64,000 bases of DNA from Dehalococcoidia bacterium. Its GTDB lineage: Bacteria > Chloroflexota > Dehalococcoidia > Lucifugimonadales > UBA2985. Within the stretch, counting starts at the first letter, position 1, and each line of letters begins with the position of its first letter. The stretch lies in NCBI GenBank assembly GCA_034423135.1, contig DAOUJC010000008.1, positions 182,611 to 246,610 on the forward strand, in the 5' to 3' direction. Below, in pieces: positions 9,246 through 18,679 of the stretch. Position numbers and translations under genes: made by a program. The notes beneath the pieces were generated by a model, which searched no databases, was not told where the DNA came from, and saw only the letters and a program-made list of their open reading frames with translations.

Positions 9246-10514
9246 ATGCAAACCACAGCAGTCGAGCGCACCTCCAGGCTGCGTGTGTTCACGGCCCTCA
9301 AGCGCCCCGGTTTCCGCCGCTTCTGGATAGGCATGGTGGCGTCCGTCATGGGCTTCCAGATTATGATGGTCGCCCAGGGGTTTCTGGTGTTCGACCTGAC
9401 GGGGTCTGAGCTGTACCTGGGATTCGTGGGGCTGGCCGCGGGTGTGCCGGCGATCGTGCTCAACCTCGTTGGCGGTGTGGTTGCCGACAAGGTGGACCAG
9501 CGAAAGCTGATTATCGTCACGCAGTCTCTCTCTAGCCTGATCATGCTGGTCCTTGGCACGCTCGTACTCACCGACCTGGTGGAGATCTGGCACGTCATGG
9601 TCACCTCATTCCTCATCGGCTCCGTGCAGGCATTCGACGGCCCCACTCGGCAGGCGCTGTTCCCACGCCTCATCGAGCGCGAAGACATGATGAACGCCGT
9701 TGCACTCAACTCGATGGTGTGGCAGGGCACAAGGGTCATTGGCCCGGCGATTGGCGGCATAATCATCAGCACCCAGCTGGGCGCGTCGCCTGGGTTCTAT
9801 GCCGGGTTCGTGGGCTTTCTCCTGATGGCCGTCATGGTCTCGACTCTTCGTCTGGCACCCGCGGCCCGGTCTTCGGGCGGCTCCTTCCTTCGGGATATGG
9901 GCCAGGGCCTGAGTTTCGTCCGCTCCAACCGCATATTCACCTTTCTGATTGGAATGACGTTCTTCAACAGCGTATTCGGCATGTCCTACATATTCATGTT
10001 CCCCGTCTTTGCGAAAGAGACCTTCGATTCCCCAACCACCGGCCTGGGCTACCTGAACGCCGCCACCGGCCTGGGGGCCCTGCTTGGCACGCTTGTCACG
10101 GCTTCCCTTGGCAACTTCAGGCGCAAGGGCTTGCTGCTGCTGGGCGGGGCAGTGCTCTTTGGGGTGTTCCTGATCCTGTTCGCGACCACCAGCGAGATAT
10201 TTGCTTCCCTGCCGCTGGCGCTTGGCCTCGTGTTTTTCGTCGGCGTGAGCACGTCCATCTACATGATTACAGTGATGAGTACGCTTCAGCTGCTTGTCCC
10301 CAACGAGCTTCGAGGGCGCGTGATGGGCATATACGGCATGACCTGGAGCCTGCTGCCGGTGGGCGCCATGCAGGCCGGAGCCATTGCGGAGTACACGAGC
10401 GCGGCGGTCGCCGTGGGAGTAGGCGGAGCGGCGGTCATCCTGTTCGCGCTCGGCATGACGGCGGCCAGCCGGCAGGTCCGACTGCTGGGCGTAGAGCTGG
10501 AGGCGGCAGCCTGA
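9246..10514 (+). CDS. MFS-family transporter
   Basis: 422-aa protein with about 12 hydrophobic helices and an MFS-like N-terminus (FRRFWIGMVASVMGFQ). Confidence 0.8.
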   Translation: MQTTAVERTSRLRVFTALKRPGFRRFWIGMVASVMGFQIMMVAQGFLVFDLTGSELYLGFVGLAAGVPAIVLNLVGGVVADKVDQRKLIIVTQSLSSLIMLVLGTLVLTDLVEIWHVMVTSFLIGSVQAFDGPTRQALFPRLIEREDMMNAVALNSMVWQGTRVIGPAIGGIIISTQLGASPGFYAGFVGFLLMAVMVSTLRLAPAARSSGGSFLRDMGQGLSFVRSNRIFTFLIGMTFFNSVFGMSYIFMFPVFAKETFDSPTTGLGYLNAATGLGALLGTLVTASLGNFRRKGLLLLGGAVLFGVFLILFATTSEIFASLPLALGLVFFVGVSTSIYMITVMSTLQLLVPNELRGRVMGIYGMTWSLLPVGAMQAGAIAEYTSAAVAVGVGGAAVILFALGMTAASRQVRLLGVELEAAA

Positions 10515-10560
10515 GCCGCGCCGGGGTATCCCTGGCAGGCGACTGTGCTATCCGATAGAA

Positions 10561-10595
10561 CCGCTCGCCCTGAGCGTGTCGAAGGGGGCGAGCGG
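10561..10595. other. Perfect 10-bp-stem hairpin downstream of the MFS gene (possible terminator)
   Basis: ccgctcgccc (10561-10570) pairs with gggcgagcgg (10586-10595) across a 15-nt loop. No U-tract follows. Confidence 0.3.
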
Positions 10596-10612
10596 AACCC
10601 AACGAACGAGTT

Positions 10613-10655
10613 TATCCCGCTCAATTGGTTCAACGGGCTCACCGTAAGCGGGATA
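10613..10655. other. Perfect 9-bp-stem hairpin in the rplS upstream region
   Basis: tatcccgct (10613-10621) pairs with agcgggata (10647-10655) across a 25-nt loop. Confidence 0.3.
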
Positions 10656-10720
10656 TAGGTGATACCCCATCGGCGTTGACAGGCTATCGCACGTCGGGAA
10701 TGCCGGCCGCCAGCCACGGC

Positions 10721-10749
10721 TTGCTCTCCGGTCGCGCGGCATGTACAAT
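10721..10749 (+). promoter_or_regulatory. Candidate sigma-70-type promoter for rplS
   Basis: TTGCTC (10721-10726), 17 nt, TACAAT (10744-10749), 57 nt upstream of the rplS ATG. Confidence 0.35.
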
Positions 10750-10805
10750 ATCAGTCGCATCAAGCGCGGGTACGACGAATCCACCCGCCTCGGAAGGACA
10801 CTTCA

Positions 10806-11156
10806 ATGGACTTAGACACCGTCATAGCTCTTGCGCCCAATCCCAGGATTCAGGAGTTCCGGCCCGGGGACACCGTGAAGGTCAACATCCGCATCAAGGA
10901 GGGCGACCGGGAGCGCCTGCAGGCGTTCCAGGGCACGGTGATACGCAGCAGGGGCAGAGGTGCCGGATCCACCTTCACCGTACGGCGCGTTTCGTACGGC
11001 ATTGGCGTTGAGCGCACTTTCGCCTTTCAATCGCCACTCGTAGAGTCCGTTGAGGTTGTGCGGCACGGCAAGGTACGCCGGGCGCGCCTCTACTACCTGC
11101 GAGGCCGCTATGGCCGGGCCGCCCGCATCAAAGAGGACAGGAACCGGGGCAGGTAG
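10806..11156 (+). CDS. rplS: 50S ribosomal protein L19
   Basis: Typical L19 sequence ([29 protein letters not shown]...[13 protein letters not shown]...[10 protein letters not shown]). Confidence 0.95.
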   Translation: MDLDTVIALAPNPRIQEFRPGDTVKVNIRIKEGDRERLQAFQGTVIRSRGRGAGSTFTVRRVSYGIGVERTFAFQSPLVESVEVVRHGKVRRARLYYLRGRYGRAARIKEDRNRGR

Positions 11157-11203
11157 CAGCCGGAAATTCCAGCCAAACAGCCCTGAGTGCAGGTCCGGCA
11201 CGA

Positions 11204-13624
11204 ATGACCAAGTATGCCGAGGTGGCCGTAGACGCCCCCGCGGGGTACAACCGCACCTTCACCTACTCCATTCCGGACGGCATGTCCGTTGCGCAGGGTC
11301 ACCTCGTGCGTGTGCCGTTCGGGCGGCGCGTGCTCTCGGGCTTCGTGTTCAACTTATCGGACGAATCTCCCGTCCCACAGACGCGGGACATTCACCGGCT
11401 TGCGTACAGCGAACCCGTGCTGTCCTATCGAGACCTTGCAATCGCAAGCTGGGCCAGCGAACACTACATGGCGTCGCTCTTCGACTGCGCGGCGCTCCTT
11501 GCGCCCCCAGGTCTTTCGCTACGGGCCAACAGCTATGTCTCCCTGACCCAGCCCGACGCGGAGCCCGGCAGGCTCACTCAGGCGCAGGGCAGGGTCGTCA
11601 CGTACCTGAAGCGCAGGGGAAGGGTGCGGCGCGACACGCTGGTCAGAAGCCTCGGTCACTCGGCTGAGAGGGCGCTCGGACCGCTGGCCGCCCGCGGCAT
11701 CGTCGAGGGCTGGACCGAGATTCGGAAGCCCAAGACCGGCCCGCTCTATGCCACCTACGTCGAGGCCGCGGAGCCATCGGCCACGCCGGAGGAACGGGCT
11801 GAACGCCTCGGTGGCCGAGCCGCCAAGCAGGCAGCCCTGCTCGACCACGTCGAGAGGCTGGGCGCGCCCATGCGCATGGCGGAAGCTACGAAGGCATACG
11901 GAAGCTCTGCGGTGAAGGGACTCGAGAGCAAGGGACTCCTGCGCCTCGTGCGCATACGCGAGAACCGCGACCCGCTTGCGGGCAGGAGCTTCCCGCCGGA
12001 TGAGCCTCCCAGCCTGACGCCGCGACAGAGGCACTGCGTAGACCGGATTCGCAGCGCGATCGACGCGGGGACGCCGCGCGTTTTCCTGCTGCGAGGAGTC
12101 ACGGCCAGCGGCAAGACGGAGGTCTACATGCGGGCGCTTTCGCACGCGATGTCCCGCGGCAGGCGCGGCATTGTGATGGTGCCGGAGCTTGCGCTCACGC
12201 CTCAGACCATCGACAGGTTCGGGAGGCGCTTTCCCGGACAGGTGGCGGTGCTCCACAGCGGCCTGTCGCGGGGTGAGCACTTCGACCAGTGGTGGCACAT
12301 CCGCCAGGGCGGTTACGGCGTTGTGATCGGGTCGCGGAGCGCCGTCTTCGCTCCTCAGCCGGACCTGGGCGTCATCGTCATGGACGAGGAGCACGAGTGG
12401 ACTTACAAGCAGCAGGACTCGTCGCCACACTACCACGCACGCGAGGCGGCGATAAAGCTGGCACAGCTTGCAAACGCGGTGGTAATCCTGGGCAGCGCAA
12501 CGCCGGACGTAGTGTCCAACAGCCGCGCCGTTGAGGGCGAGTTTGAGCTGCTGGAGATGCCTCACCGCATACGCACCTCGGACGCCAGCGAGACTCCGCT
12601 GCCCAGAGTGCGCGTAGTGGACCTCCGCAGGGAGCTGCGTGAGGGCAACCGCAGCATCTTCAGCCGGGCCCTGAGCCAGGCGATGGAGTTCGCGCTACGC
12701 GAGGGCGAGCAGGTGATCCTATACCTGAACCGCAGGGGCAGCGGCAGCCTGGTGCAGTGCCGCGACTGCGGCCACACCGTGCACTGCCGTCGCTGCGACC
12801 TGCCCATGACGTACCACGCTCAGTCGGCGCGACTGCTGTGTCATCGCTGCGGTCACCGCCAGAGCTATCCGCAGGCGTGCCCGCAGTGCCGCGGGCCTCG
12901 CATTCGCTACCTGGGACTTGGAACGCAGCGGGTAGTCCAGGAGGTTGAGAAGGAGTTCCCGGGCGTGAAGACCATGCGCTGGGACAGGGACGCGGCCTCC
13001 ACGCGGGGCAGCAACGAGCAGGTGATGGCTGGCTTCCTGCGCGGCGACGCACAGGTGCTGGTGGGAACGCAGATGATCGCCAAGGGCCTCCACTTCCCGG
13101 ACGTGACTGTCGTAGGGGTGATGTGCGCCGACATCGGGCTGTACCTGCCGGACTACCGCGCATCGGAGCGCGTATTCCAGCTGCTGTGCCAGGTTGCAGG
13201 GCGCACCGGTAGAGGGCCGCTCGGCGGGCAGGTCGTCGTGCAGACCTACTCTCCAGGCCACTATGCCGTCACCGCTGCGGCGGAACAGGACTACGAGCGG
13301 TTCTTCCAGGAGGAGCTTGCGTACCGGGACGAACAGGACCTGCCGCCGTTCACCCACCTGATTCATCTGGTGTTCGCGCATACCGGCCCCGAATACTGCC
13401 GCCGACAGGCGGTCGCGCTTGGCGAGGCGCTGAGGCGGGAGAGGCTGGCCTGGGGCATCACAGACGTCGACGTGGTGGGGCCGGCGCCGGCGTACCCGCC
13501 CCGTGTGGGAGGCAGGTATCGCTGGCACGTTGTGCTTCGCGGCCATGAACCGCGCACGCTGCTGGAGAAGGTGACTATCCCGCCTGGTTGGAGCGTGGAC
13601 GTGGACCCGATGTCCGTGATGTGA
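11204..13624 (+). CDS. priA: Primosomal replication-restart helicase PriA
   Basis: Walker A GVTASGKTEVY, DEEH box (VIVMDEEHEW), and the PriA Cys-rich zinc region (CRDCGHTVHCRRCD...CHRCG...CPQC). Confidence 0.9.
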   Translation: MTKYAEVAVDAPAGYNRTFTYSIPDGMSVAQGHLVRVPFGRRVLSGFVFNLSDESPVPQTRDIHRLAYSEPVLSYRDLAIASWASEHYMASLFDCAALLAPPGLSLRANSYVSLTQPDAEPGRLTQAQGRVVTYLKRRGRVRRDTLVRSLGHSAERALGPLAARGIVEGWTEIRKPKTGPLYATYVEAAEPSATPEERAERLGGRAAKQAALLDHVERLGAPMRMAEATKAYGSSAVKGLESKGLLRLVRIRENRDPLAGRSFPPDEPPSLTPRQRHCVDRIRSAIDAGTPRVFLLRGVTASGKTEVYMRALSHAMSRGRRGIVMVPELALTPQTIDRFGRRFPGQVAVLHSGLSRGEHFDQWWHIRQGGYGVVIGSRSAVFAPQPDLGVIVMDEEHEWTYKQQDSSPHYHAREAAIKLAQLANAVVILGSATPDVVSNSRAVEGEFELLEMPHRIRTSDASETPLPRVRVVDLRRELREGNRSIFSRALSQAMEFALREGEQVILYLNRRGSGSLVQCRDCGHTVHCRRCDLPMTYHAQSARLLCHRCGHRQSYPQACPQCRGPRIRYLGLGTQRVVQEVEKEFPGVKTMRWDRDAASTRGSNEQVMAGFLRGDAQVLVGTQMIAKGLHFPDVTVVGVMCADIGLYLPDYRASERVFQLLCQVAGRTGRGPLGGQVVVQTYSPGHYAVTAAAEQDYERFFQEELAYRDEQDLPPFTHLIHLVFAHTGPEYCRRQAVALGEALRRERLAWGITDVDVVGPAPAYPPRVGGRYRWHVVLRGHEPRTLLEKVTIPPGWSVDVDPMSVM

Positions 13625-13638
13625 CACCCGCAATCGCA

Positions 13639-13667
13639 TTTACAGGGCGGTTGGGCCACACTATAAT
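13639..13667 (+). promoter_or_regulatory. Candidate promoter for def-cca
   Basis: TTTACA (13639-13644), 17 nt, TATAAT (13662-13667). Confidence 0.45.
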
Positions 13668-13745
13668 TGGGCAGACAATCGGCCTCGGCAGTCGCCACGG
13701 GCGCACCGGTGGGCTGCCGACATCAACACCGCCAGGAGGCAGAGC

Positions 13746-14249
13746 TTGTCTCTTCTACATCTACGAACGATTCCCGATCCGGTCCTGCGTCAGAAGGCAA
13801 GGCGGGTCACAAAGTTCGACGACGCCCTTCACCAGCTGATCGACGACATGATCGATACCATGAGGGAAGCGAACGGAGTGGGTCTGGCCGCCAACCAGGT
13901 GGGCGTTCTGCAGCGGATCGTGGTCATCGAGATACCGGAGGAGGAGCAGGTTCGAGTCCTCATCAACCCGGAGATCGTGCGCCGCGAGGGGGAGCGCGTG
14001 GTGGAGGAGGGGTGCCTCAGCATCCCGGGCTACCGCGGCGAGCTGACCCGCTCACTCAAGGTACGGGCGCGTGCGCTGGACAGGGACGGCAACCCGATTC
14101 GCATCAAGGCGGAAGGGCTCCTGGCGCAGGCGCTGGAGCACGAGACCGACCACATCAACGGCACACTCTACATCGACCACCTGGAGAGCCCGGAGAAGCT
14201 CTGGAAGCTGCTGCCACAGGAGGCCGCAGTCGCCTCAGAGGGAAGTTGA
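13746..14249 (+). CDS. def: Peptide deformylase
   Basis: Motifs GLAANQVG, EGCLSIPG and HETDH. TTG start preceded by a GGAGG SD. Confidence 0.95.
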   Translation: MSLLHLRTIPDPVLRQKARRVTKFDDALHQLIDDMIDTMREANGVGLAANQVGVLQRIVVIEIPEEEQVRVLINPEIVRREGERVVEEGCLSIPGYRGELTRSLKVRARALDRDGNPIRIKAEGLLAQALEHETDHINGTLYIDHLESPEKLWKLLPQEAAVASEGS

Positions 14250-15793
14250 TCCCCCATTCGGCCAGCGCGGCCCCTCGCATAGCTCTCCCGAATCCGGCCG
14301 TCGCGCCACTCCGGCATCTGCGCGCCATCCTCGCGGACAGCGGCGCGGACGCATACGTGGTCGGCGGCTTCCTCCGCGACCTTATCCTTGGTATCCGCGC
14401 GACCGACATTGACCTTGCGGTGAGGGGCGACGCCGTCGCAATCGCCCGTGATGCGGCGAAGGCGCTGGGCGGCACCTTCGTACTGCTGCACGAGGAACAC
14501 TCGACCGCCCGAATCGTGCTGCCGCAAAGTGAAGCCGATGACTCGCCTCGATGGACGCTGGACCTGACCTCGTACTCCGGCAGCATCAAGGAGGACCTGG
14601 CCAGCCGCGACTTCACGATCAACGCGATGGCCGCGTCGCTCCCTGACGTACTCGCATGGGGCGACGCGGATGCCACTCCGGCCACAGCTACCGGAGAGCT
14701 GCGTCTGCTTGACCCGTGTGGTGGACTGGACGACCTTCTCGCTCAGCGGATCCGCGCCGTCTCCGACAACGCCTTCCGCGGCGATGCGGCTCGCCTGTTG
14801 CGCGCCGTTCGGCTCGGGGCCACGCTCGGCTTCTCAATAGACGAGTCTACGCGCAGGCAGATCAGGCGGGATGCTCATCTCCTGTCGGGCGTCTCGGCAG
14901 AGCGCCTGCGCGACGAGTTTCTGAAGACCCTTGCAGCGCCGGACGCGACGGTCAGCCTCCGCCTCATGGACGAGCTGGACCTCCTGTGCCGGCTCATACC
15001 GGAGCTGGAAGAGTCCAGGGACGTGGAGCAGCCCAGAGAGCACTACTGGGACGTCTTCTACCACTGCCTGGAGACGCCTTCGCACCTGGAGCGCCTCACC
15101 ACTGGCAGAGGTGGGGGAGAGGACAGTGTGATCGCAATCTCGCCGTGGCGCCCGCACTTGAAGGCCTACTTCGAAGAGGAGGTCAGCGACGGCCACACGC
15201 GCCTCACGATAGTGAAGCTGGCCTGCCTCCTCCATGATGTCGCCAAGCCCGCCACCAAGACTATCGACGACACAGGACGCATGCGGTTCTTCGGGCACGA
15301 CGCGCAGGGCGCGGACATGTGCGAGAGCATTCTGAGTCGCCTGCGAATCAGCAGCCGCGGCATCGACCTGATTGCGGCCATGGTGCGCCACCACCTGCGG
15401 CCAACGCAGATGCGCCACGGCGAAGCTCTGCCGACGCCGCGCGCCGTGTACCGATACTATCGAGACCTCGGTGAGGCGGCCGTGGACACCCTGTACCTCA
15501 ACATGGCGGACTACCTGTCGGCCAAGGGCCCGGCTGTGGAGACAGGTGACTGGGAGGGCCACTGCCGGCTGATCGCGCACATTCTGGAGGGCGGACTGGA
15601 CCAGGAGGGGGCGCCCAAGGCGGCGCCAAGGCTGGTAGACGGCAATGCTCTGATGGAGGCGCTGGGGCTGTCGCCCGGGCCGCAGGTCGGACGGCTGCTG
15701 GAGGCCGTCGCGGAGGCGCAGGGCGCGGGCGAGGTGGCCACACGGGAGGAGGCGCTGGAGCTGGCACGCAGGCTGATGGAGGAGACGGGGTAG
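14246..15793 (+). CDS. cca: CCA-adding enzyme / poly(A) polymerase family nucleotidyltransferase with HD domain
   Basis: GGFLRDLILG and DIDLAV nucleotidyltransferase motifs, plus HD region LLHDVAKP. The start is placed at TTG 14246, which overlaps the def stop (TTGA). The 708-aa ORF-track version has a 193-codon Arg/Gly-rich N-extension that overlaps def out of frame. Confidence 0.8.
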   Translation: MIPHSASAAPRIALPNPAVAPLRHLRAILADSGADAYVVGGFLRDLILGIRATDIDLAVRGDAVAIARDAAKALGGTFVLLHEEHSTARIVLPQSEADDSPRWTLDLTSYSGSIKEDLASRDFTINAMAASLPDVLAWGDADATPATATGELRLLDPCGGLDDLLAQRIRAVSDNAFRGDAARLLRAVRLGATLGFSIDESTRRQIRRDAHLLSGVSAERLRDEFLKTLAAPDATVSLRLMDELDLLCRLIPELEESRDVEQPREHYWDVFYHCLETPSHLERLTTGRGGGEDSVIAISPWRPHLKAYFEEEVSDGHTRLTIVKLACLLHDVAKPATKTIDDTGRMRFFGHDAQGADMCESILSRLRISSRGIDLIAAMVRHHLRPTQMRHGEALPTPRAVYRYYRDLGEAAVDTLYLNMADYLSAKGPAVETGDWEGHCRLIAHILEGGLDQEGAPKAAPRLVDGNALMEALGLSPGPQVGRLLEAVAEAQGAGEVATREEALELARRLMEETG

Positions 15794-15836
15794 AGTGGCC
15801 CAGAGGCCGCGTAAGCCCAGCGTGACATTGAGAAGA

Positions 15837-15860
15837 TTGACGCTTGACGTCAAGCGTCAA
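15837..15860. promoter_or_regulatory. Perfect 24-bp palindrome, probable HigA/HigBA operator
   Basis: ttgacgcttgac|gtcaagcgtcaa is perfectly self-complementary. It overlaps the -35 element of the higBA promoter. Confidence 0.6.
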
Positions 15861-15872
15861 ATGTGCTATAGT
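15844..15872 (+). promoter_or_regulatory. Candidate higBA promoter
   Basis: TTGACG (15844-15849), 17 nt, TATAGT (15867-15872). The -10 ends 8 nt before the annotated higB TTG start, which implies a nearly leaderless mRNA. Confidence 0.5.
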
Positions 15873-15880
15873 TCACCGCG

Positions 15881-16162
15881 TTGATACTCAGCTACGGAGA
15901 CAGAGACACCGAACGGTTTGCTGCCGGAGAGTATGTCGCTGCGTTTGGGGGATTCGAGCGGCAGGCAGCCAAGCGGCTGTCTATTCTGAACGCGGCGCCC
16001 TCCCTGGATACACTGCGAACTCTGCGCAGCAACCGCCTGGAAGCAATGCGGGGGGATAGACAAAGACAGTACTCGATTCGCATAAACCGCCAATGGAGAA
16101 TCTGCTTTGAGTGGCCGGACGGCCCCGGCCCGACCTACGTAGAGATAGTAGACTACCACTGA
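15881..16162 (+). CDS. higB: HigB-type (RelE/ParE superfamily) mRNA-interferase toxin
   Basis: 93 aa, typical of the plasmid-maintenance killer protein family (RxxxRLxxLxxA, SIRINRQWRICFEW, VEIVDYH). The toxin gene comes first, as in higBA. Confidence 0.85.
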   Translation: MILSYGDRDTERFAAGEYVAAFGGFERQAAKRLSILNAAPSLDTLRTLRSNRLEAMRGDRQRQYSIRINRQWRICFEWPDGPGPTYVEIVDYH

Positions 16163-16173
16163 GGAGCTTTAAT

Positions 16174-16464
16174 ATGTTCAGACGTGCTGTTCACCCCGGA
16201 GAGATACTTGAGGATGAGCTGCTGGAGCGCGGCGTCTCGCCGACGGCCTTCGCCCACGACATAGACGTGCCTCCAAATCGAGTGAGCCAGATCATCGCCG
16301 GCAAGCGGTCGGTGACCGGAGACTCGGCGTTGCGATTTGGGCACTGGTTTGGCATCGATCCGCAGTTCTGGCTGAACCTCCAGTCGCAGTTCGACCTCGC
16401 CGCCGCGGAGCAGAAGGTGGGCCTGGCCATCCGCGAGCTGCCGACCGCCTACGGGAGCCAATAG
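16174..16464 (+). CDS. higA: HigA antitoxin, HTH (Xre-type) DNA-binding protein
   Basis: VHPGEILEDELLERGVSPTAFAHDIDVPPNRVSQIIAGKRSVTGDSALRFGHWFG is classic HigA/VapI. ATG 16174 is preceded by a gaggag SD at 16161-16166. Confidence 0.85.
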   Translation: MFRRAVHPGEILEDELLERGVSPTAFAHDIDVPPNRVSQIIAGKRSVTGDSALRFGHWFGIDPQFWLNLQSQFDLAAAEQKVGLAIRELPTAYGSQ

Positions 16465-16483
16465 CTCGCCAGGGCGCGTTGGT

Positions 16484-17770
16484 CTAGCGGCCGCGCAGAG
16501 TTCGGACTAGCTGGCCCAGCCTTAGCTGCTGATCATACACGAGCAGGTAAGCGCGGAAGAGGCGAGTCGTTAGCCACACGACTGCCACGACGCTGAGAGC
16601 CAGGACCAGCAGGCTGAGGTACGGCTCCACACCACCCATGCCGCCCAGGCTGAGCCGCGCCAGACTGGTCATCGGCGCCGTGATGGGGACGAAGCTGAGT
16701 ACCCGGGCAAGCATCCCATCGGGGTTCTCGAGCAGCGCACTCAACAGCCACATCGGAGCCACAGTAGGCAGAATAACGAAAGCACTGATGTTGCCAGCCT
16801 GCCTCTGGTTAGTTGTGACCGCGCCAATGGCCGCCAGCAACGTGCCAATGAGGGCGTAGCCCAACAGGAAGTACGCGAATGCTATCAGGAGGCTGCCAGG
16901 CGAAGGCAGGAGTTCGCTGCCGAGTTCGATGGGCAGATCCACGATGAGATTCAGGATGAGCAGGAACGCCACGGCTGTTGCGGCCCAGACGGCAACCTGC
17001 AGAAGGCTCGCCGCTCCGAGTCCCAACAGCTTGCCGAACATCATGTGCTCCGGCTTGATGGAAGAGAGCAGCACCTCCATGATGCGGTTCTCCTTTTCCT
17101 CCGTCAGCCCCTGCAGCAGATAGCCTGATGCAGTAAAGCCGGCTACAAGCAGCAGAATTCCGGCTGCGATGAAGATCAATGTAGCACCGACGTCAAAGTC
17201 TGATTCTGCCGGAGCGCCGGACTCACCCACCTCGACTGTCACAAGTCGATAGGGAGTCCTGATGCGGTCCAACTGCTGGGGTTGGACCTGCCCTTCGAAC
17301 AGGTTCTCCAGTATGAACCTGTGGAGGGCGCCTCTGCCTCCCTCGTCGAACGTCAGCCCTGCGCGCTGCTCACGCACCTCCAGGACTGTCCCGGTCTCCA
17401 GGTAGTCCGTCCCGAATACGTAGTACCTGTCAATACGCCCAGCGAGGAGGTCCTGCATGGCAGCGTCTCGGTGAGGATAGAGCGTGAATACCGTGCTGCC
17501 CTGGAGATGGAAGCGGGTAAAGAGAGGCCGCCCGTCCGCGCCGGTTGTCAAGTCTACGTAGCCAACAGCCGTCGGTTCGGTAGCCGAGGCGGATGATACC
17601 TCTCCGGAGGAGTCATCGGAAGTCAAAGCCTGGAATACGGCTATGCCAATTAGCGCGACGATTGCAAGCACGGGTACTGAGGCCACGAATATACGGAAGG
17701 AAAGGCGGCCCAGGGTTACGGAGAACTCGTGGCGCGCCACAAGCCATGTCTTACGCATGACGGCTCCCAA
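16484..17770 (-). CDS. ABC-2 type exporter permease (NatB-like)
   Basis: 428 aa: N-terminal TM, a large extracytoplasmic loop, then 5 C-terminal TM helices. Overlaps the upstream ATPase gene by 20 nt. Confidence 0.75.
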   Translation of the reverse strand: MGAVMRKTWLVARHEFSVTLGRLSFRIFVASVPVLAIVALIGIAVFQALTSDDSSGEVSSASATEPTAVGYVDLTTGADGRPLFTRFHLQGSTVFTLYPHRDAAMQDLLAGRIDRYYVFGTDYLETGTVLEVREQRAGLTFDEGGRGALHRFILENLFEGQVQPQQLDRIRTPYRLVTVEVGESGAPAESDFDVGATLIFIAAGILLLVAGFTASGYLLQGLTEEKENRIMEVLLSSIKPEHMMFGKLLGLGAASLLQVAVWAATAVAFLLILNLIVDLPIELGSELLPSPGSLLIAFAYFLLGYALIGTLLAAIGAVTTNQRQAGNISAFVILPTVAPMWLLSALLENPDGMLARVLSFVPITAPMTSLARLSLGGMGGVEPYLSLLVLALSVVAVVWLTTRLFRAYLLVYDQQLRLGQLVRTLRGR

Positions 17771-18668
17771 CGACCTGCAAGAATATCTGCTCCAGGCTCG
17801 GCGTCGCCAGCTCGAATCGGTCGATCTTCGCGCCGCGGTCGAGCAATGTCCTCAGCATGCCCTCCGGTGCGTAGCCGGGTGAGAGCCTCAGGACGTATCC
17901 AACACCATCTCTCCGCCACTCCAGCACGCCGTCGATACCCTCGGGATCCTGGTCACTGGCGACGAATACCTCACTTCCGGCAAAGCGGCGCTTGATCTCA
18001 GCCACCGGTCCGTCCAGCACGACTTGCCCCTTGTCGATCATCAGAATGCGGTCGCAGAGCTCCTCGACATCCGACATCTGATGAGTGGAGAACATGATCG
18101 CCACGCCAGCGCCGCGCAGTTCGGCGACCACGTCCTTCATCACACGCACGTTGACGGGGTCAAGACCGCTGAACGGCTCGTCCAGCACGACGAACTCGGG
18201 ATCGTGGACAAGAGTGGACGCAAACTGCACGAGCTGACCCAGCCCGCGGCTCAGCTCCTGAATCTTCTTGCCTCGGTGCTGTTCCAGCCCAAGGCGTTCA
18301 AGCAGCCGGTCGGCTCTGCTGAGCGCCAACTCCCGGGAGAGGCCCTTCAGCTCAGCCAGGTACAGCAGGTTTGGTATCACGCGCAGGCCGCGGTACAGGC
18401 CGCGCTCCTCCGGCAGGTAGCCGATGCGCTCCCTGGCGCCCGGAGTCAGGGCGGCATCGAATACGTAAACCTCGCCCTCGTCGGGCTGGATGATGTCTAG
18501 GAGCATACGGATTGTCGTGGTCTTGCCGGAACCGTTGGGGCCAACAATTCCGACGATCTCGCCGGGCCGGACTGAAAGGGACACGTCATCCACGGCCACC
18601 AGGTCGCCGTAGCTCTTGCGCAGGCCTGTGGCCTGTATCACGGGGGCGCTTGTTGAACTCGTCGCCAT
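17751..18668 (-). CDS. ABC transporter ATP-binding protein (NatA-like)
   Basis: Walker A GPNGSGKTT, signature LSRGLGQ, Walker B VVLDEPFSGLD. ATG 18668 is chosen as the start; the ORF track begins at TTG 18674. Confidence 0.85.
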   Translation of the reverse strand: MATSSTSAPVIQATGLRKSYGDLVAVDDVSLSVRPGEIVGIVGPNGSGKTTTIRMLLDIIQPDEGEVYVFDAALTPGARERIGYLPEERGLYRGLRVIPNLLYLAELKGLSRELALSRADRLLERLGLEQHRGKKIQELSRGLGQLVQFASTLVHDPEFVVLDEPFSGLDPVNVRVMKDVVAELRGAGVAIMFSTHQMSDVEELCDRILMIDKGQVVLDGPVAEIKRRFAGSEVFVASDQDPEGIDGVLEWRRDGVGYVLRLSPGYAPEGMLRTLLDRGAKIDRFELATPSLEQIFLQVVGSRHA

Positions 18669-18679
18669 GAGCAATTGAC

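Noticed and set aside
10548-11011. ORFs 10548-10784 (minus, 78 aa) and 10625-11011 (plus, 128 aa) around rplS.
   Set aside because: They have no SD and implausible composition. The plus ORF overlaps rplS out of frame. The region is better explained by hairpins plus a promoter.
13667-14245. 193-codon N-terminal extension of the cca ORF (the 708-aa version in the ORF track).
   Set aside because: It overlaps the well-supported def gene in another frame and is low-complexity Arg/Gly/Pro-rich. The conserved nucleotidyltransferase region begins just after TTG 14246, which overlaps the def stop.
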